From a bacterium (lineage in GTDB: Bacteria > Zhuqueibacterota > Zhuqueibacteria > Residuimicrobiales > Krinioviventaceae), in NCBI GenBank assembly GCA_963693055.1, contig OY843751.1:3680001-3744000 (forward strand): a DNA stretch of 64,000 nt, in the 5' to 3' direction. The notes beneath the pieces are model-generated. The model was not told where the DNA came from. It ran no database searches and saw only the letters and a program-made list of their open reading frames with translations. Numbering within the stretch: position 1 is the first letter of the stretch; every line of letters begins with the position of its first letter. The position numbers were made by a program, and so were the translations under genes. Shown here piece after piece: positions 1 to 10,836 of the stretch.

Positions 1-603
1 TATTATGATAAATACGACCGGATGATCAAAGTATATCTTGGCGAGTACGCATCAAAAGGCAATACGCTGTTTAATGCCTTATCAGAAGCTGCATATATGA
101 CATCTTTGGAAAGAAATGGTGACCTGGTACAATTCGCATCTTATGCCCCGTTATTGGCGAATATAGATAATACACAATGGAATCCGGATTTGATTTATTT
201 CAACAATACAACCGTATGCCCAACTATAAATTATTATGTTCAACAATTATTCTCAAAAAACAGTGGTAATGTTTATTATGATGAAATCATTACAACACCC
301 GAATCACAGAATAACAACCGGATTGCTTACTCTTGTGTGGGTGATACTAGTACAAATGAAATCATTCTCAAGCTGGTAAATGCGGACAGTATATCTCGTA
401 CATTTCAACTGGATATAACAAAATTTAAAAATTTATCAAATATTGCCTCCCAAACCATTCTTGCCGGTAAAGCTAAAGATAAAAATACATTCGAATCATC
501 TAACACAGTAATTCCGCAAGTTTCCGAAATTACTATCAATCGTAACAAAAGTATCGTAACACCTGCCTATTCGCTGTATATAATAAGAATAAAGAGTCTC
601 TGA
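1..603 (+). CDS. Alpha-L-arabinofuranosidase (GH51) C-terminal region, 5'-truncated by window
   Basis: Frame is open from base 1 (YYDKYDRMIKVYLGEYASKGN...SLERNGDLVQFASYAPLL...QWNPDLIYF), typical of GH51 C-terminal domains. Confidence 0.85.
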   Translation, partial: YYDKYDRMIKVYLGEYASKGNTLFNALSEAAYMTSLERNGDLVQFASYAPLLANIDNTQWNPDLIYFNNTTVCPTINYYVQQLFSKNSGNVYYDEIITTPESQNNNRIAYSCVGDTSTNEIILKLVNADSISRTFQLDITKFKNLSNIASQTILAGKAKDKNTFESSNTVIPQVSEITINRNKSIVTPAYSLYIIRIKSL

Positions 604-850
604 TCAACTAAAAACTAAATATCAGGTAATATGAGCAGCTATTGGGCGCCAATTCATTCACAAACGTAATAAAAGTTAAAAAAATATCAAGACTTTACAT
701 ATGTATTTTTCCTTTAATGCTTATAAAAATATATATTTACAGGAATTTGGAATAATTATTGTTGTTTAGAAAATGTCAGTAATGATTCGATTTGTTTTTA
801 AATTAAAACATTACTTGCAAATTTATTCGAGAGTTTAAAAAGGGCAGTTT

Positions 851-3532
851 ATGATTTTCAAATCATTAAAAACCAGAATGATAATCTCCATGACCGGTAT
901 TGTTGTCATTTCATTAGCGATAACAACATTTTTCCTTATCCAGAGGACAAAGCACGAGTTAGCATTGGAAATTGAAGAAAACGCTAAAAATCTGATCAAG
1001 GCTACAACTAACCAAGTTGAATCTCAATACAATAGTATAGTATATCATAAAAATGCAATGCTTGAACGAAGAGAAAAAGAATTAAAAAACAATACTATCA
1101 TTGCATACACAATACTTACCAGCGCATACCAAGAATACATTGAAGGTATTCGCACAGAACAAAATGCAAAAGAACTAGCAATAAAATGTTTACGAGAACT
1201 GACGTATGATGATGGAGTTGGATATTTCTGGCTTAACAATACTCAACTTCCATACCCTAAAATGGTAATGCATCCAACAATGCCAGAACTAGATGGAACG
1301 GTTCTGGATGCTCCGCAATTTAATTGTGCCTTGGGTAAAAATGAAAATCTATTCAAAGCTGCAGTGGAAATGTGTATACAGAACAAAGACGGATATGTAG
1401 ATTATCTTTGGCCCAAACCCTTACCCGACAGTCTTTCAGAATTGCAACCCAAAATCTCATATGTCAAGTTGTTTGAACCTTGGGGATGGATTATTGGAAC
1501 TGGGGTCTATATTAATGATATTGAACAGGATGTTCAAGACAGGCTCAATGCAGTAATAGCAGATTTAAACGAAACAATGTTTAAACAAAAAATAGGAAAA
1601 AGTGGTTACTTTTTCATACAAGATGATAAAGATTTAATGATTGTTCACCCTTCTTTAGCTGGACAAAATATTTCACAAAAGATTGATCCCCTAACCGGAG
1701 AATATTTGTCAGAAAGAATAAAAAAAACCATATTGAATAATCAGGATTATATAGAATATTATTGGGACAAACCAGGATATGAAGGAAAATATAATTATTT
1801 GAAACGTGTCTATGTATCATATTTTGAACCTCTTGGTTGGTATATTTGTATTAGTGTATATAAGGAAGAAAATCAAGAAAGGATTACCGCACTTGTTCGA
1901 TCAATAATTCTCTTTGCTTTATTTTTTACCATTATAGCAATTTTCTTATCTCTATTGATCACCAAAAGTTTAAATAAACCGCTGAACAAGTTCATTGATA
2001 CCTTTAGTGAAACAGATAGTGATGGTATACCCATAAAGGAAATTCCTGAACCAGACATTTTAGAATTGAAAGTGCTGGCAAATACAACCAAGAATATGTT
2101 TAGCACAATCAGTAAATCTAGAAAAGCATTACGGATTAGTGAAACCAAGTTCAGGGCACTTGTAGAATCAACCAGTGACTGGATCTGGGAAGTGGACAGA
2201 AATGGTGTGTTCACTTATGCTAGTCCACAAATTTATAATATTTCCGGCTACACACCAGAAGAAGTCGTTTCACTGAAACCAATAGACTTTATGGATCCAG
2301 AAGAAGGAAAAAGAATTCAAGATTTGCTTGAAATCATTATGACAAATAAACATAATATAATTATGGAAGAAAATATTAGCAGACACAAAAATGGAAAAAT
2401 GATAATATATGAAACCAGTGGCGTACCCATTTTAGATGAAAATGGTGATGTTACAGGTTACAGAGCGGTATCGCGTGATATTACGGCAAGAAAAATATCT
2501 GAACAAGCATTAAAACAGGAACAAGAAATTACAGAAGCTGCTATCAACTCTCAAAAAGACACATTTTTCCTGTTTGAAACGGAAACTGGTAAAGCTATTC
2601 GCTGGAATCATGTATTTTCAGAAATTACCGGATACACCAATGAAGAGATTGCCAAAATGAAAGTTCCAGATGCATATTACAGCCAAAATGATCTTGAAAA
2701 ACTACCACCGATAGAGAAACATATATTAAAAAGTGGTACCGGCATAATAGAACTTGAGCTAATTTGCAAAGATGGAAGAAAAATACCGACAGAATATAAT
2801 ATTTCTGTAATAAGGGATGAAAACAATCAACCCAAGTATTTTGTATCCATAGGTAGAGACATTACTGAACGAAAATTAATTGAAGACAAGATTAAAAGAG
2901 ATCTGAAAGAAAAAGAGGTTATGCTGAGAGAGATCCACCATAGGGTAAAAAACAATCTTGCAGTCATAACCGGATTACTCTACCTGCAATCCAAAAGAAT
3001 TAAAAGCAAAAAAGAAGCTTTTTCAGCTTTCGAACAAAGTCGTAACCGTATTTTTTCCATGGCACTGGTGCACGAGCAGTTGTACCAATCTGGTAATTTC
3101 TCCCAAATTGATATGAAGCCCTATGTGGAAAAAATCACAAACGAACTTAGACAAATTATTTCATACGGTAATCAAATAGACTTGAATATCAACATTAATG
3201 ATGTCTATTTGGATATTAATCAGGCAGTACCTTGCGGCTTGATATTGAATGAATTAATTACAAATGCATATAAACATGCATTTCCCAGAAGAAAAAAGGG
3301 TGTAATTCTCATAACATTCAAACCTGTAAATGATGAGCAATACGAATTAACAGTAGAAGATGATGGGATTGGATTGGGTAAAGATATAGATGCAAATTCA
3401 AATGCAACATTGGGAATTCATCTGGTTGCCATGTTAACCAAACAAATAGATGGAAGTATAGATATAGAAAGAGATAACGGTACAAAATTCCTTATTAGAT
3501 TTAATGCAAAACAGGAAAAAGTTCAACTATAA
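851..3532 (+). CDS. Membrane sensor histidine kinase: tandem Cache domains, 2 PAS, HisKA_2/HATPase
   Basis: N-terminal TM; two Cache-like repeats (GYFW...MVMHP...YLWPKP, GYFF...IVHP...YYWDKP); PAS motifs; EIHHRVKNNL H-box; LNELITNAYKHAF N-box; DDGIG G-box. Confidence 0.9.
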   Translation: MIFKSLKTRMIISMTGIVVISLAITTFFLIQRTKHELALEIEENAKNLIKATTNQVESQYNSIVYHKNAMLERREKELKNNTIIAYTILTSAYQEYIEGIRTEQNAKELAIKCLRELTYDDGVGYFWLNNTQLPYPKMVMHPTMPELDGTVLDAPQFNCALGKNENLFKAAVEMCIQNKDGYVDYLWPKPLPDSLSELQPKISYVKLFEPWGWIIGTGVYINDIEQDVQDRLNAVIADLNETMFKQKIGKSGYFFIQDDKDLMIVHPSLAGQNISQKIDPLTGEYLSERIKKTILNNQDYIEYYWDKPGYEGKYNYLKRVYVSYFEPLGWYICISVYKEENQERITALVRSIILFALFFTIIAIFLSLLITKSLNKPLNKFIDTFSETDSDGIPIKEIPEPDILELKVLANTTKNMFSTISKSRKALRISETKFRALVESTSDWIWEVDRNGVFTYASPQIYNISGYTPEEVVSLKPIDFMDPEEGKRIQDLLEIIMTNKHNIIMEENISRHKNGKMIIYETSGVPILDENGDVTGYRAVSRDITARKISEQALKQEQEITEAAINSQKDTFFLFETETGKAIRWNHVFSEITGYTNEEIAKMKVPDAYYSQNDLEKLPPIEKHILKSGTGIIELELICKDGRKIPTEYNISVIRDENNQPKYFVSIGRDITERKLIEDKIKRDLKEKEVMLREIHHRVKNNLAVITGLLYLQSKRIKSKKEAFSAFEQSRNRIFSMALVHEQLYQSGNFSQIDMKPYVEKITNELRQIISYGNQIDLNININDVYLDINQAVPCGLILNELITNAYKHAFPRRKKGVILITFKPVNDEQYELTVEDDGIGLGKDIDANSNATLGIHLVAMLTKQIDGSIDIERDNGTKFLIRFNAKQEKVQL

Positions 3533-3558
3533 TTGAAGTGGTACCATCACAAATTTAT

Positions 3559-3595
3559 AAAATCCAAGGAAGAATATCTCCCTTGGATTTTTTTT
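3559..3595. terminator. Bidirectional intrinsic terminator
   Basis: AAAATCCAAGG...CCTTGGATTTT hairpin with T-run between convergent genes. Confidence 0.75.
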
Positions 3596-3598
3596 ATT

Positions 3599-5185
3599 CT
3601 AATGCCCGTTAAAGAGAATATATAATCCAATCATTGTAGCAATTAAAAATATCCATGAGATCCAAACTTTACGTTCTGGTTTGGGCAAAACTCCATAATC
3701 AAGAATATTTTGATCATTTGCCGCGCCTTTTTTATCTGCCAGAGTTGTAATAAATGTAACAGCGGCCAGAATAACAAAAATATAAAAAGATAATTGTAAA
3801 AAGTGCGGCCAAAAAGCATATTGCTGTGAAGGAAAAACCCACAAATACAAAACACCAGTGCCCAGGCTGAAAATAGTTCCTCCAATCAATGCCAGGTTTG
3901 CGGCTTTGGTAGTTGTTTTTTTCCATAAAACACCAAACAAAAAGACAACTGACATGGGAGGCGCAATAAATCCCAAAATTGCCTGAAACACATCAAACAA
4001 TTTCAGTCCTTTAATACTATCAATTGCAAGTGTTAAAAAGATAGCGATAAAAGCACCTACCACAGTTACAATACGGCCAATACGGATAATTCTTTGCTGT
4101 GATGCCTCTTTATTATTTTTCAAATAGATATCCATTGTGAACACGGTACTGAGTGAATTGAGCGCGGAATCTATAGTACTCACCAAAGCAGCAATAAGAA
4201 CGGCCATAACCAGGCCGGTCATACCTGCCGGGAGTAACCGGGTAACCATGGTCATATATGCTTCATCAGGATCAGCAAGATTGGGGAACAAAACCAAACA
4301 CACAATACCCGGAATGATGAACAAAGCTACATCCAAAATCTTGAGCCATCCGGTAAAATTGGCACCCATCTGCCCCTGAGTGAGATTCTTTGCTCCCAAT
4401 ACCGACTGAACCATGGACTGATCTGTACACCAGAACCATACTCCCATAATGGGATACCCTAAAACAATAGCCAGCCAGGGATAATTGGGATCATCGGCTG
4501 GCAGCAAGAGATTCCAAAAGTGCGGCGGTGTTTGTTCATAGACTGCCATTATGCCACCGGCTTTCACCAACCCAACCACAGTCAGAATGAGTGAAACTAC
4601 AATCAGTAACGACATTTGAAAAACATTGGTATAGGCTACGGCTTTTAATCCGCCCGCTACGGTAAAAAATGCAGATATTGCAACCAGGATAATAACAGAT
4701 ACCCACATGGGCACAGCTAAAATTTGCCCTACCAATATTCCACCGGCAAACAGGGTCAACGATAGCCATGATATCAATATGGTTAACAAGGTATACCAGG
4801 CAAGTATGTTACGTGTGGACTGGCCAAAACGTTTTCCCATAAACTCGGGCAAGGTCTGTACATTGGCACCCAAATAACGGGGAGCAAAAACAACAGCCAG
4901 CAAAAAGATGAATACAAATGCATACCAGCCAAAGTTACCCGCAACAACACCGGTAGTATAACCAATACTGGCAGATGCAATCAACATTGAGGGCCCCACA
5001 TTGGTCCCCCACATGGTTAAACCAATACTTTTCCACCCCAGTGAATGCCCCGCCAGAAACAGATTTTCTTCCTTGTCTTTGTGCTTTATAAAGCTTACCC
5101 AATACCCAATAGCAATCAAAACTACCAGGTAAAGTCCCACAACCATAAAATCAATGGGTTTCAGATACGAGTGTATGTTTTCCAT
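3599..5185 (-). CDS. Sodium:solute symporter (SSS family) sugar transporter
   Basis: Multi-TM protein with FLAGHSLGW, TLPEFMGKRF, WFWCTDQSMVQ and SALNSLSTVFTMDIY motifs. Confidence 0.9.
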   Translation of the reverse strand: MENIHSYLKPIDFMVVGLYLVVLIAIGYWVSFIKHKDKEENLFLAGHSLGWKSIGLTMWGTNVGPSMLIASASIGYTTGVVAGNFGWYAFVFIFLLAVVFAPRYLGANVQTLPEFMGKRFGQSTRNILAWYTLLTILISWLSLTLFAGGILVGQILAVPMWVSVIILVAISAFFTVAGGLKAVAYTNVFQMSLLIVVSLILTVVGLVKAGGIMAVYEQTPPHFWNLLLPADDPNYPWLAIVLGYPIMGVWFWCTDQSMVQSVLGAKNLTQGQMGANFTGWLKILDVALFIIPGIVCLVLFPNLADPDEAYMTMVTRLLPAGMTGLVMAVLIAALVSTIDSALNSLSTVFTMDIYLKNNKEASQQRIIRIGRIVTVVGAFIAIFLTLAIDSIKGLKLFDVFQAILGFIAPPMSVVFLFGVLWKKTTTKAANLALIGGTIFSLGTGVLYLWVFPSQQYAFWPHFLQLSFYIFVILAAVTFITTLADKKGAANDQNILDYGVLPKPERKVWISWIFLIATMIGLYILFNGH

Positions 5186-5231
5186 GCCAATATTTCCTGT
5201 TTACATTTTCCCAACAACCTGTTCTTATAAT

Positions 5232-6305
5232 CTAGCGATATGCGTCTGCAATTTTCAAGGCTTTATCAATATCTGCTTCCGTACGAAAATGCATCAACAC
5301 CTGCAAGCCATCCGCACCCACATTATCCAACAAGGGTTCAAGTTCGTCCAGTTCTACCCAGCAAGGCATAATAGATTTTCCATGGGCCAAAATCTTTTTA
5401 TAAAGATCATACCAACGGGGATCCCCTCCCTGCGGTTCTCCTACTCCCGGGGTCCATTGTATTGCATTCAATTCATCTATTTCAAGCATGGCGTCCAAAT
5501 GACGTATAGCATCAACCCCGTCCAAATGATACAGGGTATAATCGATTTTTTGACATTGTTCACGCAAAAACGGCTGTGCAAAACGACGAAAATCCGTTTC
5601 CGAAATCATGGAAGAAATATCACATTGCAGTTTGCTTACCTTGCCCGGTGCCCAAAGTGAAAAATAACAAAAAGCCATTTCCCCATCTACCTGAATAATA
5701 TCATAAATGCGGTCAAATACATCAAAATAAACATCATTAATGGCCTGCATCTGCTGTTCAAGCACATCGGGACGCATAAGCATGTCAATGAGCACGGCCT
5801 GGTTTCCTTTAAGGCCTGCAAGTGTATCCAGATTTTCACACAAATCCGGGCATCCAACAAAATATTTATCATCTGACAATGCCCTGCACGCTATGAGCAG
5901 ATCAAGATGCACCTGCAGCCAACCGTTGTTTTCATCGAAAATAATATCATCACCAAAAGCTTTATTATGCCGGATCCAGATCGTATCAGGTGCGCCTTCC
6001 AATTCTGCGCCCAGAATCCCAGCCAAAGAGCCCGGTCCCAAATGGGTATTTGCAACCGGAAGAATATCTGCTTTTAACGAACTTTTTGACAAATAGTGAT
6101 GCAGGTATCGCGCTCGCCATTGGGGATCAAACCAGAACTGGTCCATATCTTTGGCTTCCGCTGGTTTGGGAACCTGTTCATGAGGTGCCCCCTCTTTATC
6201 CAAATGTTCCCACATGCTGATGAGAAGCCCCTTGCCCTGCCACCATTGTAAATATCGCTCCCGGGACTCGTCCCAGTTTGCTTTCCATGTTTTGATCATA
6301 ACCAT
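5232..6305 (-). CDS. UroD/MtaA-like TIM-barrel protein, putative corrinoid methyltransferase-type component
   Basis: LGPGSLAGILG, QCDISSMIS, YHLDG and IQWTPG motifs of the UroD/MetE-like superfamily; no B12-binding domain attached. Confidence 0.6.
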   Translation of the reverse strand: MVMIKTWKANWDESRERYLQWWQGKGLLISMWEHLDKEGAPHEQVPKPAEAKDMDQFWFDPQWRARYLHHYLSKSSLKADILPVANTHLGPGSLAGILGAELEGAPDTIWIRHNKAFGDDIIFDENNGWLQVHLDLLIACRALSDDKYFVGCPDLCENLDTLAGLKGNQAVLIDMLMRPDVLEQQMQAINDVYFDVFDRIYDIIQVDGEMAFCYFSLWAPGKVSKLQCDISSMISETDFRRFAQPFLREQCQKIDYTLYHLDGVDAIRHLDAMLEIDELNAIQWTPGVGEPQGGDPRWYDLYKKILAHGKSIMPCWVELDELEPLLDNVGADGLQVLMHFRTEADIDKALKIADAYR

Positions 6306-6317
6306 CCGATCATAGTA

Positions 6318-8581
6318 TTACTTAAACAACTCTCCGATTATTGAATCTTTGATTCCATTATAAGAAACATTCACCTTTAATATTTCAGTTTTTGAAAAGT
6401 CCATTTCATCCGTACATTGAGCAGAATAAGGATAAACAGGTATCTCTGAGCCGTACCTTACAAAAACCGGCATTTCATCTAAAGGAGATTTAAAGCGATT
6501 TAACCAGCGCTCACCGTCAGTTACAGAACCATCAAAAAAGTTTACCCACTTGCCCGCCGGCAGGTATATATCACGAACATTTTCAGAATTCATAACAGGC
6601 GCTACAAGAAAATCATCACCAAAATAGTACTGGTTATCAATATGTAAACAGGTACGGTCATCGGGGTGATGCAGCATTAATGCCCGTAACACCGGCATTC
6701 CGGTTTCAGTGACTTTTTTCGATTGTTCATAGATGTATGGGATCAACGCGTACCGCAGTTTCCACCAGCGACGGACGATATCAGAAATATTTGGATATTC
6801 ATACGGTTCGCGCTTGGATGTGCCATGATATCGGATATGCGAAGAAAATACACCAAACTGGGTCCAGCGAACATAGAGGTCATCCGGTACGATGGAATTC
6901 ATAAAATCAGGATCACTGTGGAATCCCGGAACATCATGGCTCCAAAATCCAAAACCTGACAGTCCCAGGTGCAGTCCGCCTTTTAAAGAACCGGCCAGGC
7001 CGTCCCAACTGCACGCTGCATCGCCACCCCAGTGCAATGGGTATCGCTGGCATCCCGCCCAACCTGCACGAGCCCAGACAATTCCATCACCCGTCACTTT
7101 TTTTGTAACCTCATACGCAGCTTTTTGATAGAGCAACGCATACAGATTTCGGAACAGACGGGGTTCCATATTTTTGTATTTGGCATTCATATGGATCTCT
7201 TCACCGAAATCCGTTTTAATGCACACCGCACCCATTTCCAGCAGATTTCGCAACAATCCCTTGTACCAGTCAGTTGCTTCCTTGCTGGTAAAATCGATTG
7301 TACCTGCATAATCCAATGCACTGAAATTGGATCCCCCTGTTTCATTGTTTGGTCTAACGGACCAATGTATTTATTTGCTACCGCCTCATCATGTTGTTCG
7401 GCATCGGCAGCAATATATGGCATTTGCCAGAGACTGACACGATAGCCCTTGTCCCGCAAATCTTTCATAAACCGTTGTGGATCAGGGAATCGTTCATCGT
7501 TAAATTTCCATTCACACAACCAGTCGGTTTTGAACCAGCCGGTATCCAGATGGATCACATCGCAGGGATATTCTTCTTTACGCAGACGGTCACATATTGC
7601 ATTGACTTCATCCGCAGAAAAATAGGTCATTCGGCTCATCCAGATGCCAAAGCTCCACAGAGGAGGCATAGATGGAAATCCGGTTAATCGACGATAATTA
7701 TACAAAACCGATTCCAGATCTTTGCCGCCAATGAGAAACAGATCAATCATCGGATCATCAACCAGGAATTGTACAGACCGTGTAGACTGGTCTGCAAAAG
7801 AGATGCGTGTTGCTGCCGAAGTATGCATAAACATGCCATACTGTCTGCTGGATACAAAAAAAGGAATATTCTTATAAGTTCTGCGCGAATTTACACCCTG
7901 TCCATCCTGGTTTTCAAGATATAATGTTTTGCCGGACAAGTCCATTTTGGTAAAACGTTCACCTGTGCCTGCAAAAACTTCATTGGCATCCGCATGAAAG
8001 GAAATGGTAGACTTGCTAACCTCTTTGCCTTCCTGCACATACGCAAGCGCCAGGCCATCGTGCCGGGCAGGAAAGAACTGATCATAGGCATCAATCCGGA
8101 TTGCTTTATCACCATCGGGATAAAATACAGCATTTAGCGTTTCTTCCGGTTTGGGTAACAAATCACTCCAATAATCAATTTGGGGATCTGCCAAATTAAA
8201 CACCGCCCGTTTACGGTCCTGATTATCAAGCACAATCCATTCATCATTTTCAATTTGGACATGCAGGGGAACAATTTCAAGATCAGTGGCCATCTCAAGC
8301 ATAGGTGAATCGTTAAATCGGGATCCCTTGAAACCAATACACACCCGTAATATATCACTGCCATAGGCTCTTAGCAAAAGTTGATACGATTGCGGGGCAA
8401 CATCCGGTTCTGGTCCCATTTCTAGAGAACATTTCTGCTGCTGAAATGGCAGATGAATTACAACATCAGTACCATTAGTTTGTATATCGGAGGGTCTAAT
8501 TGCTCTGAACAACAGTTGACTGCCGTCCAGAGCGGGATCAAAATCTAAAAAGTCTAAGAGATATTGGTTGGTCAACTTCAT
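6318..8581 (-). pseudogene. GH31 alpha-xylosidase-like gene split into two ORFs by a 1-nt frameshift
   Basis: N-part 7187..8581 (PPLWSFGIWMSR, HLDTGW) and C-part 6318..7316 (KTDFGE nucleophile, WGGD, WSHDVPGF). One extra G in the G5 run at 7333-7337 restores QGGSNFSALDYAGTIDFT. Confidence 0.85.
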
Positions 8582-8603
8582 ATTTACGTTTTCCGGTCTT
8601 TTA

Positions 8604-10505
8604 CTACAATGGCAATTGTTTTTTCTTCAAGAGATCCAAAAATTCTGGTTCAAGGCCCGCATTTCTCTTGATTTTCGTGGAAACATCAGGTCCGTTATTC
8701 TTCCACTCGTTACCGGGTCCCGGATTATTTGAGAAAAATTTATCCTTTTCACTCCAGTTATTCAATGCGCGAATAAAGGAAGAACCTTCATCATAATAAA
8801 TATATTGATAATGATTGGGATCATGTGTATAGGGCGCATCCAAAAGATGGTGTATGCTGTTTTCACTGATCTCTGTATTGGGTTGACCGGACAAGGTATA
8901 TACACCGCCAACATCATAATTGTTTTGTGCAAAATGATGAATATTGTTTTTACTCACGCGATTATTTTTCATACAACTGATAGTACGGGTCCAACCCCAG
9001 CCAATACTGATACCGGAATAGTTCAAATAACTGATTTCATTATGTTCAATTGTAATATCATGGGCATAGCCCACACCAATGCCAACGCAGCCCCAGTCTT
9101 CATTGGTACAATCGGTAATCAGATTATTGACAATGGTTTCAAAGCGACAGACCACACGCTCATCAGTTGGATCATACGGTAAATGTGCTTCAAACGACCG
9201 GTCACCGTAATACCCCATCTGCAAACCAGTACCGCCAACATCTCTAATTATATTACCTTGTATCAAATTGTGATGGGTGCCGGACACAAAATCAATTGCG
9301 GTTGCCGCCATGTGTTCAAAACTGCAGCGACCAATAAAAATATTATTGGCATTTCTAAGCGTTACACCCGCAGGTTGACGTTCTACCCATGCTTGATTTT
9401 CAAGCCATTCTTTATCCGGTGTACCCGGAACAGAAAGCTTGTAAGCATCCAGCAATGAATATCCTGCCTGCAATGGTACATGTCCTTTTAAAGAGGGACG
9501 CATCCAGGTTGTATGTTCAAAACCAATTCCCTGAAACTGAACATGAGATACAGGATTGTCTAATGTACCATCAACATAAACCAACGTTTCAAGATAGGGT
9601 ACAACAATATTCACTTTACTCAAAACTTCAACATCACGGGGCCAGTAATAGACTTTACCTGCATCCAGATCCAGGAACCATTCACCGGGACTGTTTAATA
9701 AACCAATATCATTGGTTAAATAATAAGCAGAATTGCCGTTCTGATCTTTATTCACATCAATAAAAGGTGCAGGCCAGGGATGTTCAAACTCGATACGGCT
9801 TTCAGGTTGACAAAAGCTGATTTTGGCAACATCACCTTCAATCTCGATATCTTTGACACGCAAAATCGCAATGGCCCACCATTGATGGATAAAAAATTCA
9901 AGCTGTGATACATTGTGAATGGGTTGTGACGGGGTAGGAATCATAAAGGTTTCGTTCAGATTGTCAACAGACAGAATGCGTGGTAAATCACCATCGTTCA
10001 TTGTATTTGCTCTAATGGCTTTGTTATTATCCACCCACATCTGCCTGAATTCAAAAATCCTTCCACCTTCCCGGGGAGCATCCGCAACCCAGACATTTCC
10101 CTGGGCCACAGCAGGTAATCCTTCAACTGTACCGGCTTTTTTCCAACCGGTTACTGGCCTGCCGCCACTAAATACAGGATGTGCGCCACGTTCCGCCCTG
10201 ACAATTGTGGGGCTGTCAGCAGTACCAGAGTCTTCAGGACGGAAAAATACCGGTTCATTCAGTGTATAAATACCATCCTGAACGACAATGTCTATGCCGC
10301 CTTTAACGGATTCATCTTTTAACCGACGCAGCTCTCTTGCCTTGCGCTGGGCCATTTGTAATGTTGCAAAAGGTTTTTTTTTGCTGCCATCATTATAATC
10401 TGAACCTGTTGGAGAAACATACAAATTCACAGCCGCACCAAGAATAAACGGAAAACCCAAAACCACTAAATAAATAATAAATAATGTTCTTTTCATAACA
10501 AACAA
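8604..10505 (-). CDS. Secreted right-handed beta-helix glycoside hydrolase, GH141-like
   Basis: Signal peptide; YVSPTGSD...PFATLQMA; PGEWFLD; beta-helix repeats; DVGGVYTL; YYDEGS. Confidence 0.75.
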   Translation of the reverse strand: MFVMKRTLFIIYLVVLGFPFILGAAVNLYVSPTGSDYNDGSKKKPFATLQMAQRKARELRRLKDESVKGGIDIVVQDGIYTLNEPVFFRPEDSGTADSPTIVRAERGAHPVFSGGRPVTGWKKAGTVEGLPAVAQGNVWVADAPREGGRIFEFRQMWVDNNKAIRANTMNDGDLPRILSVDNLNETFMIPTPSQPIHNVSQLEFFIHQWWAIAILRVKDIEIEGDVAKISFCQPESRIEFEHPWPAPFIDVNKDQNGNSAYYLTNDIGLLNSPGEWFLDLDAGKVYYWPRDVEVLSKVNIVVPYLETLVYVDGTLDNPVSHVQFQGIGFEHTTWMRPSLKGHVPLQAGYSLLDAYKLSVPGTPDKEWLENQAWVERQPAGVTLRNANNIFIGRCSFEHMAATAIDFVSGTHHNLIQGNIIRDVGGTGLQMGYYGDRSFEAHLPYDPTDERVVCRFETIVNNLITDCTNEDWGCVGIGVGYAHDITIEHNEISYLNYSGISIGWGWTRTISCMKNNRVSKNNIHHFAQNNYDVGGVYTLSGQPNTEISENSIHHLLDAPYTHDPNHYQYIYYDEGSSFIRALNNWSEKDKFFSNNPGPGNEWKNNGPDVSTKIKRNAGLEPEFLDLLKKKQLPL

Positions 10506-10836
10506 CCTCTTTTAGGGGCAGAATAGAAATGTATCACAACAGCCAGGATTATTCTTCTACTTAAACGTTTTCCTAACTTTACAAATTATGATATAAAATT
10601 TTACAATCATTTACAATAGATTTTTGCAATTCATTCAAGATAATTAATTTCTCTTTTTAATTAAACACGAATGAAACGTAATAACAAAAGCATCTCGAAT
10701 ATTTATGAATTAATCTTTATTGAATTGATATAATCCGGCAATATCGAGCTTGTTGGAATTTATATTTTCTGTGTAATTTGCGATGTATTATAATAATGAT
10801 AAAAAATATTGAGATTTAATCAAAATCGCATATATT

